Virus record (IMG/VR): IMGVR_UViG_3300023105_001451
Span: 59,504-123,503 of that record
Length of the DNA: 64,000 bases
DNA from: a virus
Lineage: Duplodnaviria > Caudoviricetes
Reading direction: 5' to 3' (one strand)
The notes beneath the pieces are model-generated. The model saw nothing but the letters and a program-made list of their open reading frames with translations, was not told where the DNA came from and did not search any database. Numbering within the stretch: the first letter of the stretch is position 1; each line of letters starts with the position of its first letter. The translations under genes and the position numbers were made by a program. Of this stretch, positions 17,847 through 27,792 are shown piece by piece.

Positions 17847-19762
17847 TGAAAAAACGAGTATACCTATTTCAAGTGAACTACCAAATGGGTCACGGACAAT
17901 ATACTAGTCTGTGGCTTCCGTATAGCGTTGCGTCTGTATGGACATATGTAAATCAGTTTAAAGAAATACAAGATAACTTTGAAGTACAAGAATGCATTTT
18001 TATGCGTGAAGAATTTGAAGATGTATTAGCTAGATTAGATAATCCTGAGTTATGCTTGTTTAGTCACTACTTGTGGAATGATAACTATAATTTAGAATTA
18101 GCAAAGCGCATCAAAAATAAATGGCCCGAATGTATAATTATATTCGGTGGTCCGCAGGTTGATGAAATAGGGTTTAACTTTACAATGGCAAATCCTTTTG
18201 TAGACAGTATTGTAATTAATGAAGGTGAAGTAAGTCTGCATCATTTGCTAAACGATTATTTAAAAGATGATCTACGTCCGATTTATCAAATTGTAAAAAG
18301 AGTAGATCCAGCTGGGTTGCCTAGTCCTTTTGTTGACGGAGATATTTTACAAAAAGTGGTAGATGACAATCCGGGCATCAAATGGGCAACTTGTTTAGAG
18401 ACAAATAGAGGTTGTCCTTTTAAGTGTAGTTTTTGTGATTGGGGAAGTTTAACGCAATCAAAAATTAAACAATTTGATCTTACAAAGGTTTACAGAGAAT
18501 GGGACTGGATTGTTAATAACGGTATCGAATATGTACATATTGCAGATGCTAATTTTGGTGTATTCTATGACAGAGACAAAGAAATAGTTGATTACATAGT
18601 CAAAAAGAAAAAAGAAACAGACTATCCGCACAATGTAAGTGCTACATGGTACAAAAACAGTGCAGCAAAAATGATTGGACTTGCAAAAATACTCGAAGAA
18701 GTAAATCTTAATAAAGGATTTACGCTAAGTGTTCAAAGTATGAATGAAGAAACTCTTGAGTCTATTGAACGTAAAAATATGGAAATGTCTAAACTAGCAG
18801 ATATGTATGCAGAATGTGACAAGCAAGATGTTGCATACTATACTGAATTTATTTTAGGATTACCTTTTGAAACAAGACAAACTTGGCGCGAAGGATTATG
18901 TGCTGCTATAGAAGCAGGATGTCATTTCTTTATTGATGTGCATCCTTTAGAAGTTTTAAAGAACAGTAGATTTGCAAAACAAGTAACAGAGTTTAATTAC
19001 GAAGTGTTTAAGTTTACAGTTGTAATGCCTAATCAAATATCACGTATTCCTGAAATGCACAATTATGTTATTGCTAGTGAGTTTATGTCAAGGCAAGACT
19101 ATATTGATAGTTGGATGTGGGCATGGAATGTGTTACATTTCCATCATTATGCGTGGACACAAGGAATAGCAAAATTTGCACGTAATCACTTAGGTATTTC
19201 TTACTTAGACTTTTATGAAGACTTGCTTGAAAATTGCATTAAAAAAGATGAGTTCTTGAATATGCTATATGAGCAACAAGAGCATCAATTAAAAGACTTT
19301 TTCTGGAATACAGAAAGTGATGTTGTATTTGATAACGATAATGTGATTGTTGTACTAAATCAAATCGAATGGCACAAAAATAGAGAGCGAGTACTTGATA
19401 CTATACAAACATGGGCTAGAGAATATCTAAAAGACTTACCAAACGATCTAGTGGAAGAAGTACTTAAATTTTCTGAACTGTATCTTGTTAACAAAGAAAG
19501 AGTTGTTGACATATCCGGAGATTTCAGCTATAATATAAATGAAGTTTGTAATGAAGGTGCTACATTAATTAAAGAAGATGTGTCGTATACATTTAAAAAT
19601 AAGTTAACTTGGGTAGATGATAAAGACTTTAAAGATAAACTGTTTTATAAAAATAGAAACGGATTTAGCATCCTAAAAGTGGAAAGACAAAATAATGCCG
19701 GAATACGTAAAGACAATAAAAAACTTTTGGAAACAAGAATTAGCCAGCCACAAGTATGCTAG
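17846..19762 (+). CDS. Cobalamin-binding radical SAM protein
   Basis: N-terminal B12 domain (FSHYLWN..FGGPQ..EGE), ETNRGCPFKCSFCDW, DANFG, ILGLPFET. Confidence 0.9.
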   Translation: MKKRVYLFQVNYQMGHGQYTSLWLPYSVASVWTYVNQFKEIQDNFEVQECIFMREEFEDVLARLDNPELCLFSHYLWNDNYNLELAKRIKNKWPECIIIFGGPQVDEIGFNFTMANPFVDSIVINEGEVSLHHLLNDYLKDDLRPIYQIVKRVDPAGLPSPFVDGDILQKVVDDNPGIKWATCLETNRGCPFKCSFCDWGSLTQSKIKQFDLTKVYREWDWIVNNGIEYVHIADANFGVFYDRDKEIVDYIVKKKKETDYPHNVSATWYKNSAAKMIGLAKILEEVNLNKGFTLSVQSMNEETLESIERKNMEMSKLADMYAECDKQDVAYYTEFILGLPFETRQTWREGLCAAIEAGCHFFIDVHPLEVLKNSRFAKQVTEFNYEVFKFTVVMPNQISRIPEMHNYVIASEFMSRQDYIDSWMWAWNVLHFHHYAWTQGIAKFARNHLGISYLDFYEDLLENCIKKDEFLNMLYEQQEHQLKDFFWNTESDVVFDNDNVIVVLNQIEWHKNRERVLDTIQTWAREYLKDLPNDLVEEVLKFSELYLVNKERVVDISGDFSYNINEVCNEGATLIKEDVSYTFKNKLTWVDDKDFKDKLFYKNRNGFSILKVERQNNAGIRKDNKKLLETRISQPQVC

Positions 19763-20180
19763 AGTTGTTCCATTTGTTGCCAAAAACTTTGATCATTTAG
19801 ATAGAGAATATTACAATAAAGATCATTTGTTACAAAGTTTTAATGAAGAACTATCCTGTGCCGATGAATTTAAAGGCGCCTTAGACGCTGTACAAGCGTC
19901 TGTAAGCTGGACTAATATACTACCTAATGTAATACTACCTACGCATAAAGATACCTTTTATACGCTACGACAGGAGCATAATGTAGAATTAGATGACTGT
20001 TTTCGTTATTTAATTTTTTTAGAAGACTGGGTATTTGGACATTATGTAGGTTTTGAAAAGAAAAACATCACACACTGGAGAGCTGGTGATGTGTGGAAAT
20101 TTACAGGACATGAAATGCATTACGGAGTAAATGCAAGCAATGTTTCGTTTCATACTTGTCAAGTGAGTACGTTTGAATGA
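19695..20180 (+). CDS. Cupin-fold Fe(II)/2OG oxygenase
   Basis: LPTHKD...MHYGVN..TCQV. Confidence 0.65.
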   Translation: MPEYVKTIKNFWKQELASHKYARVVPFVAKNFDHLDREYYNKDHLLQSFNEELSCADEFKGALDAVQASVSWTNILPNVILPTHKDTFYTLRQEHNVELDDCFRYLIFLEDWVFGHYVGFEKKNITHWRAGDVWKFTGHEMHYGVNASNVSFHTCQVSTFE

Positions 20181-20914
20181 AATTTGGAATCTTAGGCTAC
20201 GGATATGTAGGCAAAGCAACACACAAAGGTTTGCTAAAAGATGAAAAGTGCATAGTGTACGATACTATGTTTGATGTAGATAAAAGTATTATCTACGAAG
20301 CAGACACTGTTTTTATATGTATTCCTACAATTACAGATAAAGATATTAATATTATTATTGACGAGATTAAAGACCTACAAGAACACAATCCCGATGTGCA
20401 AATTGTTATACGCAGTACATTGCCTTTGGGTGCATGTGATAAAATACAAGTAGAAGTAGGACCTATTATCTATATTCCAGAATTTTTACGTGAACGCTAT
20501 TGGGATACAGATTGTTTAAAACGTCCTTTAGTTGTAGGCTGTGACGTTGCGAACTTTTTACCAGACTGGCTATTGGAAGAAGAAATACACGAGTGTTGTA
20601 CTAACGAAGCAGAGCTAGTAAAGATGTTTGCTAATAACTTTGCTATAATGCGTATTGCATTTGCAAACGTATTTTATGATTTATCTGAAAGCGTAGGTGC
20701 AGATTATAATGTCGTAAAAGATATGTTTTTTAAAATACAACAAGATCAAACATACATGGAAGTACCAGGACATGACGGTACAAGAGGTTTCGGCGGCAAA
20801 TGCTTGCCCAAAGACTTAGACTTTCTTATCGAAACATTAGATAAACACAATATAGATCAAAATTGGTTTAAGCACATTAGAGAGTTGAACAAGGGATGGA
20901 AAGAAAAGTTCTAG
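20177..20914 (+). CDS. ugd: UDP-glucose/GDP-mannose 6-dehydrogenase (short form)
   Basis: GYGYVG, ICIPT, RST, PEFLRE, AELVK, GFGGKCLPKD. Confidence 0.9.
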   Translation: MKFGILGYGYVGKATHKGLLKDEKCIVYDTMFDVDKSIIYEADTVFICIPTITDKDINIIIDEIKDLQEHNPDVQIVIRSTLPLGACDKIQVEVGPIIYIPEFLRERYWDTDCLKRPLVVGCDVANFLPDWLLEEEIHECCTNEAELVKMFANNFAIMRIAFANVFYDLSESVGADYNVVKDMFFKIQQDQTYMEVPGHDGTRGFGGKCLPKDLDFLIETLDKHNIDQNWFKHIRELNKGWKEKF

Positions 20915-21780
20915 TAACAGGCGCCAGCGGACTAATTGGCAGAGAACTATGCAAGCAACTTATAAAAGATTTTTATGTTGTTGCACTAGATAATGGGTTT
21001 AGATCTACGGCTATACCTAAGTGTAATGAATTTATAAAAGAAGATATTAATACATATGTATCTTACGTAGCCAATGACTTTGATTACATCTTTCATATGG
21101 GAAACATAAATGGTACAAAGTATTTCTACGAAATACCTAATAAACTTATAGAAAATAATATACGTGCAGACTTTTCTATATTTAAATTTGCAGAGTTAAA
21201 CACTAGCTGTAAGCTAATATACGCTTCGTCTAGCGAAGTTGTAGCAGGTACAGACACTTATCCTACAGTAGAAGAAACAGACGTTACAATACGCAATATA
21301 CAAAACCCTAGATGGAGTTATAGACTAGGCAAACTCGTAGGTGAAAACTATCTTGCTAATAGCTCTATAGATAATCTTATAGTAAGATTCTTTAACGTAT
21401 ACAGTGAACATAGTTTTAGTGGACATTTTGTTGCAGACATTGCAGAAAAGATTAAGAATGACAATTATGAACTTATTGGTGCAAATGAAACTCGTAGTTT
21501 TTGTTATGTCGAAGATGCTGTTGACGCTGTAATTAATTTAAAAGATGTTTCGAACGAAGTCATTAATGTAGGTTCTGATGAAGAAATACAAATATTAGAT
21601 GCTGCAAATATTATTGCAGAATCTTTAGGCAAGTTAAATGTACCTTGGATTATTAAAGAAGGACTTACTGGAAGTGTAAAAAGAAGAAACCCGGATGTAA
21701 GTTTACTTAAAAAACATTACCCCGGGTTTAAACCTCAAAAATTTAAAGATGTATTAGTTAAAATAGATCTTGCCAAGTAG
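20896..21780 (+). CDS. NAD-dependent epimerase/dehydratase
   Basis: VTGASGLIG, ASSSEV, YRLGK, RFFNVY, RSFCYVED. Confidence 0.9.
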   Translation: MERKVLVTGASGLIGRELCKQLIKDFYVVALDNGFRSTAIPKCNEFIKEDINTYVSYVANDFDYIFHMGNINGTKYFYEIPNKLIENNIRADFSIFKFAELNTSCKLIYASSSEVVAGTDTYPTVEETDVTIRNIQNPRWSYRLGKLVGENYLANSSIDNLIVRFFNVYSEHSFSGHFVADIAEKIKNDNYELIGANETRSFCYVEDAVDAVINLKDVSNEVINVGSDEEIQILDAANIIAESLGKLNVPWIIKEGLTGSVKRRNPDVSLLKKHYPGFKPQKFKDVLVKIDLAK

Positions 21781-23200
21781 TGCCATCATAACACTGTGCT
21801 TTATTAGTTGAAGCAAGATAAATCATCATTCCAGCTGCTGGTGCAGTAATAGCTGCATCTCTTGCTGTTGGATCAGCATATGTAAATAAAGTTGCTGCGC
21901 CAAAGAAATTTGTTTGCTGTGCTGAATTAACAACTATACCTGGAACAACGTTACCTGTTCCGTCTCCAACACCAAAGATAAGTCTTCCTGGAATACCGCC
22001 TGCTAATGGAGTGTCGTCTACCTGGGCACTCATTGCTGCTACACCCGCTGATGCGCCATTTGCGTCAGCACCAAACCACGAAAGTGTAACTACTTCGTCG
22101 TCTGCTTGTAATGCAGCTGGAGAACCTTGTGTTCCTCTTGATCTTTGAAGTATTAGCTGTTGTCCAACATCACTATCATTAAAGCCTTCGATATTAAACA
22201 ATGCATATGCATCATCAGCACTGCCGTCTGTAATTATTCTTATGCCTGCTTTTTCACCGTCTCTGTTATCACCTTGTAATAATATTGTACTTCCGGAAAA
22301 AACACTTGTAGTTATTTCTTCATTGTTAATACGTCCAACAATAGTACTTGATGTATCATCAATAATTATAGACGAATCACCTCCGAATACTGTTCCTTGT
22401 ATAGAACCGTAAACATCGCCTACTACTCTACCAAAGTGTGTTCCGTTAGTGTTTCCGTAAAATGCACCGTTTGCAGTAATATCTCTACCAGTAATGTCAG
22501 CAGCTGGGATATTGGTATCGCTACCAATAACTACACCATCTAGTGTACCGCCTGAAATCGTAGCACTATCTGCTTCAAGTTGTGTAAATGTTGATGTTCC
22601 TGTTGATGCAATATCACCTTGTACATCGCCTGTAACATCTCCAACAAGATTACCTTGTATAGAACCAGTAGCACTAATAATTGTTGCACTTAATGTATCA
22701 GTTAACGAATCGTAAATTATTGTACTGTCTGTACTAACAATTTGTGAGGTAGAAATAGAATCAGCAGTAAATTGTCCTGAAATTTCGCCGCCTTCTGCAA
22801 ATATAGCATTCCATCTTCTGTTAGTAGACCCTAAGTTGAATTGTCCGTCTAGTGCTGGTCTAAGTGAGGAGTTAATCACACCAGCTACATTGACTACATC
22901 TGCATCTTCGTCACCTAAGTTAATTGTACCTGTTGCAGTAATAGTACCATCAATATTAATATTACCTACGCCGACAATGTTATTGTTATTTAGGTCTAAG
23001 TTGCCACCCAATTGTGGAGATGTATCACCGACAACTTCTGTAAAAGCATCTGCATCTGTTGGTCCTACCAGTACACCTCCAACTGTAGCACCGTCACCGA
23101 CAAACAACTTTTTAGTATCTGTTGTGTATATCAGTTCACCTTGTAACGGTGTTACAATCAATCTATCTGCATCTGGACCACGTCTTACTAGTAAAGCCAT
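21758..23200 (-). CDS. Tail-fibre-like virion protein with Mtd-N-type N-terminus
   Basis: GELIYTTDTKKLFVGDG, DTSPQLGGNLDLN, G/T/D-rich beta repeats, C-terminal GMMIY..QCYDGTTW; late promoter at 23235-23240 and GGAG RBS. Confidence 0.7.
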   Translation of the reverse strand: MALLVRRGPDADRLIVTPLQGELIYTTDTKKLFVGDGATVGGVLVGPTDADAFTEVVGDTSPQLGGNLDLNNNNIVGVGNINIDGTITATGTINLGDEDADVVNVAGVINSSLRPALDGQFNLGSTNRRWNAIFAEGGEISGQFTADSISTSQIVSTDSTIIYDSLTDTLSATIISATGSIQGNLVGDVTGDVQGDIASTGTSTFTQLEADSATISGGTLDGVVIGSDTNIPAADITGRDITANGAFYGNTNGTHFGRVVGDVYGSIQGTVFGGDSSIIIDDTSSTIVGRINNEEITTSVFSGSTILLQGDNRDGEKAGIRIITDGSADDAYALFNIEGFNDSDVGQQLILQRSRGTQGSPAALQADDEVVTLSWFGADANGASAGVAAMSAQVDDTPLAGGIPGRLIFGVGDGTGNVVPGIVVNSAQQTNFFGAATLFTYADPTARDAAITAPAAGMMIYLASTNKAQCYDGTTWQDLF

Positions 23201-23257
23201 GTTTATTTAACTCCTGGAATCATTTTATTATATGTATTTATGCCAGATGTCAGAAAG

Positions 23258-23578
23258 CTACTTCCTTTTCTTTAGGAACTTTCTTGTTCTCTGTTGTATA
23301 TCTTTTTTTAATCGAGGTGTGTCAAGACGGAAGTCTATATTAGTAATATAGTCTTCGTATTCTTTGAATAAGTCTTCTAGGATATCTTCTAACGGTTCGT
23401 CTGGGCTATTTTCTTTAGTTTTATTAAGATCGATATCCCAGACCTTACCGTCATTAAATGCAACAATAACAGAACTTACATAATCCAAGGGGATTGCTTG
23501 CACATCTAAATCTGCAAGTACTTCTGGCCAATGTTCTACTACTTCTGAAGGTAATCCTTTATCGGATTTTTTAGACAC
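23258..23578 (-). CDS. Hypothetical phage protein
   Basis: ORF in operon; GTG start at 23578 chosen to minimise overlap. Confidence 0.55.
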   Translation of the reverse strand: MSKKSDKGLPSEVVEHWPEVLADLDVQAIPLDYVSSVIVAFNDGKVWDIDLNKTKENSPDEPLEDILEDLFKEYEDYITNIDFRLDTPRLKKDIQQRTRKFLKKRK

Positions 23579-24200
23579 TTTCTGCTGTTTTACTCTTTGC
23601 CTGGGCTTTCTTCTTAGTAGGAACAAGTGCTTCAGCTTGCTCTCTTAATGATTTTGCTTCTTTAAATAGTGCATCTGCTTGCGAACGATATTGTGCAGCC
23701 AGCTCTTCGTCTGACAATGGTTGTTCGTCTATTGTTTGTACATCATCAAGATATACATTTTCTGCTGGTGCTGGAGTTGCTTCTGGTGTTACTGCTGGTT
23801 GATCATTAGTACCTGAAGGCTTAATAGCTAAATCAGCAACACTTACACCTTTTTGCTCTGCAATGATTTCGTTTAGTTTGTCTAGCATAACAGTTGTCTT
23901 TGTGTCAGGCGTCATTTCTACACTGGTAGTTGGAACTTTAATCATTTTACCAGTTGTATGAAATCCTGCTAACATGTTTCTTCCGTCAGGCAGACGAGTA
24001 CGTGCCATAGCTTCTGCTAATTCGTATGCACTTTGTCCAGCATCAGATTCTACTAACTTTATTAAAGCGTCATGTTCTTCTGCCATTAAATTTTCTGTAG
24101 TTACTACGATTGCATTTTCGGGTTCGTTTGGAACCACTCTGTATGCAACAATAACTTTTCTTTTATTAGACGCAATGCGTCCTATATGTTTGATAGCCAT
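23571..24200 (-). CDS. Hypothetical phage protein
   Basis: AAGGAG RBS before ATG 24200 (MAIKHIG). Confidence 0.65.
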   Translation of the reverse strand: MAIKHIGRIASNKRKVIVAYRVVPNEPENAIVVTTENLMAEEHDALIKLVESDAGQSAYELAEAMARTRLPDGRNMLAGFHTTGKMIKVPTTSVEMTPDTKTTVMLDKLNEIIAEQKGVSVADLAIKPSGTNDQPAVTPEATPAPAENVYLDDVQTIDEQPLSDEELAAQYRSQADALFKEAKSLREQAEALVPTKKKAQAKSKTAESV

Positions 24201-24201
24201 A

Positions 24202-24444
24202 TTATGCTCCTTGTTGCTCCGCCGGTTGCGCAGCCTGTTGTTTTTGGATTTCACCTAGAAATGCTTCTAGTTTTCCATATGTATTACCTACAACAGTCAT
24301 TTCATTTGGCTTAAATGCACCACGTTGACTTGCAACGTCGATAATTTGTTTTAAGGCTGCCAAATCTTGGACTGTTAACTCAGCACCGGTTGCTTCAGGT
24401 GCAGGTGCTTCAGTTGTTTCAGGTGCTTTTGCTTCTTCGCTCAT
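24202..24444 (-). CDS. Hypothetical phage protein
   Basis: AGGAG RBS; upstream TAAATA near 24482-24487. Confidence 0.65.
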   Translation of the reverse strand: MSEEAKAPETTEAPAPEATGAELTVQDLAALKQIIDVASQRGAFKPNEMTVVGNTYGKLEAFLGEIQKQQAAQPAEQQGA

Positions 24445-24484
24445 TATTATCTCCTGTAGTTAATTAAATGCGCTGTTAATATAT

Positions 24485-24763
24485 TTACACATATTTCAAG
24501 TGAGGACATGCCAAAGTGAAATAAACACACTCTTTTGGGTTTTCGAATCCTACTTTTATATATGTTTCTAATTGATTGTCTTCGCTGATTATGAGAGAAT
24601 CGTTTATATAAAATCTTCCTTTTAGATTAAACTCTATCCATTTGCATAAAGAATCTTCAAGATTAAATTTCTTAGGCATGGTAATATATTCGAAATGTTC
24701 GATAGGAGTATCGACTCTACGTAAGCCAAACAGATTTAAAGGATTTACTTTATTGTTCTTCAT
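24485..24763 (-). CDS. Hypothetical phage protein
   Basis: ATGA overlap with the upstream gene. Confidence 0.6.
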   Translation of the reverse strand: MKNNKVNPLNLFGLRRVDTPIEHFEYITMPKKFNLEDSLCKWIEFNLKGRFYINDSLIISEDNQLETYIKVGFENPKECVYFTLACPHLKYV

Positions 24764-26115
24764 GCCGCATCGTAGTGTACAGTAGTTCCGAAAGGTGCTT
24801 GTAAATTTTTGTCAGCATGACTGTGAATAAGAAATACGGTATCACAGTAATCTTCTTCGCCCCAGCTATCCCAAGCATAGCCATCTGTAAACATAATAAA
24901 TTTCTTAGGTTGAATGTCGTTGTCTTTCATGTACTGCCAGTTCACCATAAAGTCAGTACCGCCGCCCCCGGCAATCTCATATTCTGTAATTTCTCTACCA
25001 TCGTCAGCACTAAAGTCATCTTCATTATAAACTTCAGTATCAAAGCACCAAATTTTAATATTATAGTCTTTGTATTCGTCCATAATACCTTTAACTTCTC
25101 CTAAAAAGTCTTGTGCTTGAACGTTACCAATTGAGCCACTCATATCTAAACTAATTGCAACATCGATAGTAGTATCAAAATTCATACCCGGTAATACTGC
25201 ACCAGTGTGCCAGCCTTTGCGGCTAGGACGCATAAATGTGTAGTCGCTTTTGATAGTGCTTTGGATTTGCTGACGTAGTATTTCACGCCAATTCATTTTA
25301 GGCTCTGTAATTTCTTTGATTAAACGTTCAACGCCTGCAGGCACATTACCAGCGCCAGCTGCCTGTGCCGCATTAATCATTGCTTCTTTGATTTCGTCTT
25401 TGATTTGTTTTAGCTCACCTTTTGTATATTTTGCAGGTTTTTTGCTAATTTTGTTGCCGTTAGCATCGACGCCTTCTTCGCCTTCTTCGCCTTGATCACT
25501 TTCGTTGTCAAGATGTTCATCGAGCATTTCGCCTTCGTTTTCTAATTGCTCAAGAAGTTCTTGTAATTCTTCACCACGTTTTTTAGCGTCTTCAAATAGT
25601 TTATCGTAAATTTCTTCAGAAGTATCTAAGTCATATGTGAAGTCTTGGAAACAGTCTACAATCTTAGGTTTCTCGCCAATACGATCTCGTACAAGCAAGT
25701 TATTAACTTTGTAGTCTGCGGCAATGTTATACAACATTGGATGACGATCACCCCGACGTCCTAAGTGATCAAATACCATGTGTAGTATTTCGTGTGCAAC
25801 AACAAACTCAATTTCTTTGTTTGACATTGCATTAAAGAACTGCGTATTGTAATAAAGATTTCTGCCATCTACTGCGGCGGTCATTAACCAGTCATCTGCG
25901 GCTAAAATACGCAAACGAGTTGCCATATTACCAAAGAAAGGATGGCGCAAAAGTAAACCGATTCGAGCAGTAATGATTCGATCCATAACATCTACACGCA
26001 TTTCTTCTAACTGCTCTGGTGTAATGTTTGGGTCTGGTTGCCAATGCTTTAATTTAGTTTGAGTGTCTTTAGTACTCATTTGCATTACAACATAATCTGA
26101 TATAAAATCTAACAT
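24760..26115 (-). CDS. Metallopeptidase-like (HExxH) plus vWA-domain protein, DUF2201-type
   Basis: AHEILH; MIDAS DMSGS, GGGGTDF, FTDG. Confidence 0.85.
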   Translation of the reverse strand: MLDFISDYVVMQMSTKDTQTKLKHWQPDPNITPEQLEEMRVDVMDRIITARIGLLLRHPFFGNMATRLRILAADDWLMTAAVDGRNLYYNTQFFNAMSNKEIEFVVAHEILHMVFDHLGRRGDRHPMLYNIAADYKVNNLLVRDRIGEKPKIVDCFQDFTYDLDTSEEIYDKLFEDAKKRGEELQELLEQLENEGEMLDEHLDNESDQGEEGEEGVDANGNKISKKPAKYTKGELKQIKDEIKEAMINAAQAAGAGNVPAGVERLIKEITEPKMNWREILRQQIQSTIKSDYTFMRPSRKGWHTGAVLPGMNFDTTIDVAISLDMSGSIGNVQAQDFLGEVKGIMDEYKDYNIKIWCFDTEVYNEDDFSADDGREITEYEIAGGGGTDFMVNWQYMKDNDIQPKKFIMFTDGYAWDSWGEEDYCDTVFLIHSHADKNLQAPFGTTVHYDAA

Positions 26116-26143
26116 ACTTTTGCCCTTTCCTAACTATACATAT

Positions 26144-26172
26144 ATTATAGCAATATTTAATAGATTTGTCAA
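26144..26172 (-). promoter_or_regulatory. Sigma70-type promoter TTGACA-N17-TATAAT
   Basis: Perfect consensus upstream of the vWA gene. Confidence 0.85.
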
Positions 26173-26178
26173 GACCTA

Positions 26179-27258
26179 TTATGCTGCCGCTTTAATATAC
26201 TTACCGTAACGTGAATAAAACTCATCAAAGCATTCTACTTCATCGGGATCGATTGGAAGTGAGTATTGTGTAACAGCAAGTTTAACACCCATAACAACTA
26301 ATTCCGTGTCAAAGTTATCCATTGCAAAGCGTAGGAAGTTGTTGACTTTGTCATCAAACGACTTATCTTTCTTTTCATCTGCTTCTTTAAGCTCGTAGCA
26401 TAGTGATACAGTCAATGAGTACATTGCACTAATTTCTTGCGTTCTAAGTTCTTTTACTTTACCTTCAAGAATGTCTGTTGGGTTAGGCATAGAACTTGCA
26501 ACTTTACGATGTGCCATAAACTTAACAGCAATACCTTCGCCAACTGAACCTGCAACAAGATCTGTTGTTGTGTTTTCATCAACATCATCTTCAAGTAGTT
26601 CTGATACAAACGACCAACTACGAGGTGTTGCAAACGAACGGCTTGGTGACTTCGGATCAAAGTCGTACAAGTCTTTCTTAGCAAATGTAATGTAACCTAG
26701 TACGTCTTTATGAATACGGTTATCAGCAGCCCACTGAAACCAGTCATCAAAGTCAACACGTAACTCTAAGTGAACAAAGCGGTTAGCAAGTGGAGCAGGC
26801 ATACGGTAAGTAACACCTTTGTCTGCTTCGCGGTTACCTGCCGCAACAATCATTACATTGTCTGGAAGGTTATAACTACCAACTCGACGATTAAGAATAA
26901 GTTGATAAGCTGCCGCTTGTACAGCCGGCGATGCTGAGTTCATTTCGTCTAAGAACAAAACGATATGCTTAAATTGTTTTGCCATTTCTTCGTCTGGAAG
27001 TTCTACTGGCGGCGCCCATTTCATTGTGTTATCGTTTGCGGCATAATAAGGCATGCCTTTAATATCTGTTGGATCCCACAAAGACAGTCGAATGTCAATA
27101 AGATGTGAGTTTTCGAAAGAGTTAGTAATCTGTTCAACAATGTCAGATTTACCAATGCCTGGAGGTCCCCATAAAAAGATAGGACGTTTTTTCTGCATTG
27201 CAAGTTTAATGCTTGTTTTAGCAGCGTTTGGACTAACTGTACGAGTTACTTCTGACAT
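26179..27258 (-). CDS. MoxR-like AAA+ ATPase
   Basis: GPPGIGKS, LFLDEMN, AAGN, PLANRF; adjacent vWA partner. Confidence 0.9.
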   Translation of the reverse strand: MSEVTRTVSPNAAKTSIKLAMQKKRPIFLWGPPGIGKSDIVEQITNSFENSHLIDIRLSLWDPTDIKGMPYYAANDNTMKWAPPVELPDEEMAKQFKHIVLFLDEMNSASPAVQAAAYQLILNRRVGSYNLPDNVMIVAAGNREADKGVTYRMPAPLANRFVHLELRVDFDDWFQWAADNRIHKDVLGYITFAKKDLYDFDPKSPSRSFATPRSWSFVSELLEDDVDENTTTDLVAGSVGEGIAVKFMAHRKVASSMPNPTDILEGKVKELRTQEISAMYSLTVSLCYELKEADEKKDKSFDDKVNNFLRFAMDNFDTELVVMGVKLAVTQYSLPIDPDEVECFDEFYSRYGKYIKAAA

Positions 27259-27293
27259 AGTATATTTCCCTCTGTTTTTCTAACTATGTATAT

Positions 27294-27322
27294 ATAATAC
27301 GTTCAATAGCATCAAATGTCAA
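27294..27322 (-). promoter_or_regulatory. Sigma70-type promoter TTGACA-N17-TATTAT
   Basis: Upstream of the MoxR gene. Confidence 0.8.
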
Positions 27323-27360
27323 CCGTTTTTAGTAGAAAGATCTTGTTTTAAAACAATAAC

Positions 27361-27744
27361 TTAGGAATTTTCTTGTCTTTTCATGGCCTTTATTAAGCCA
27401 TATTTTCTTACATCGCCACTAAAAAGTGTTAGTTCTACTGCCTTTCGTTGATCAGTAACTACAATACTTCGATTATTTAAGTAGTACGGACAGTTTATAA
27501 ACTTATCTAAAAACACTATTATTTGTGCAGTAATTATCATATCTGGCGGATATGGTATATCATAGACTTCTATGCCTATATCTTGTAATACATTGTATCC
27601 AGCTTCTGTTAAACGTAATCCTCCAGATGACTTTGTTCGAGTGTTTTGCCACCAGAGATACATATACTGTTGTACAGTTGCTTCGTCTGTGCTTTTTTCT
27701 AACTGTTTTAGAAAAACTTTAGTGTATGTCTCTTTCCAATTCAT
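27361..27744 (-). CDS. Hypothetical phage protein
   Basis: 127-aa ORF; TAAATA upstream at 27771-27776. Confidence 0.65.
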   Translation of the reverse strand: MNWKETYTKVFLKQLEKSTDEATVQQYMYLWWQNTRTKSSGGLRLTEAGYNVLQDIGIEVYDIPYPPDMIITAQIIVFLDKFINCPYYLNNRSIVVTDQRKAVELTLFSGDVRKYGLIKAMKRQENS

Positions 27745-27792
27745 AATAAATATTAACTACGTATATAATATATTTATGTAAGGCAGTATAGT

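Noticed and set aside
21758-23200. Diversity-generating retroelement target (Mtd-like N-terminus)
   Set aside because: No reverse transcriptase and no template/variable repeat pair seen; the N-terminal motif is common in fibres.
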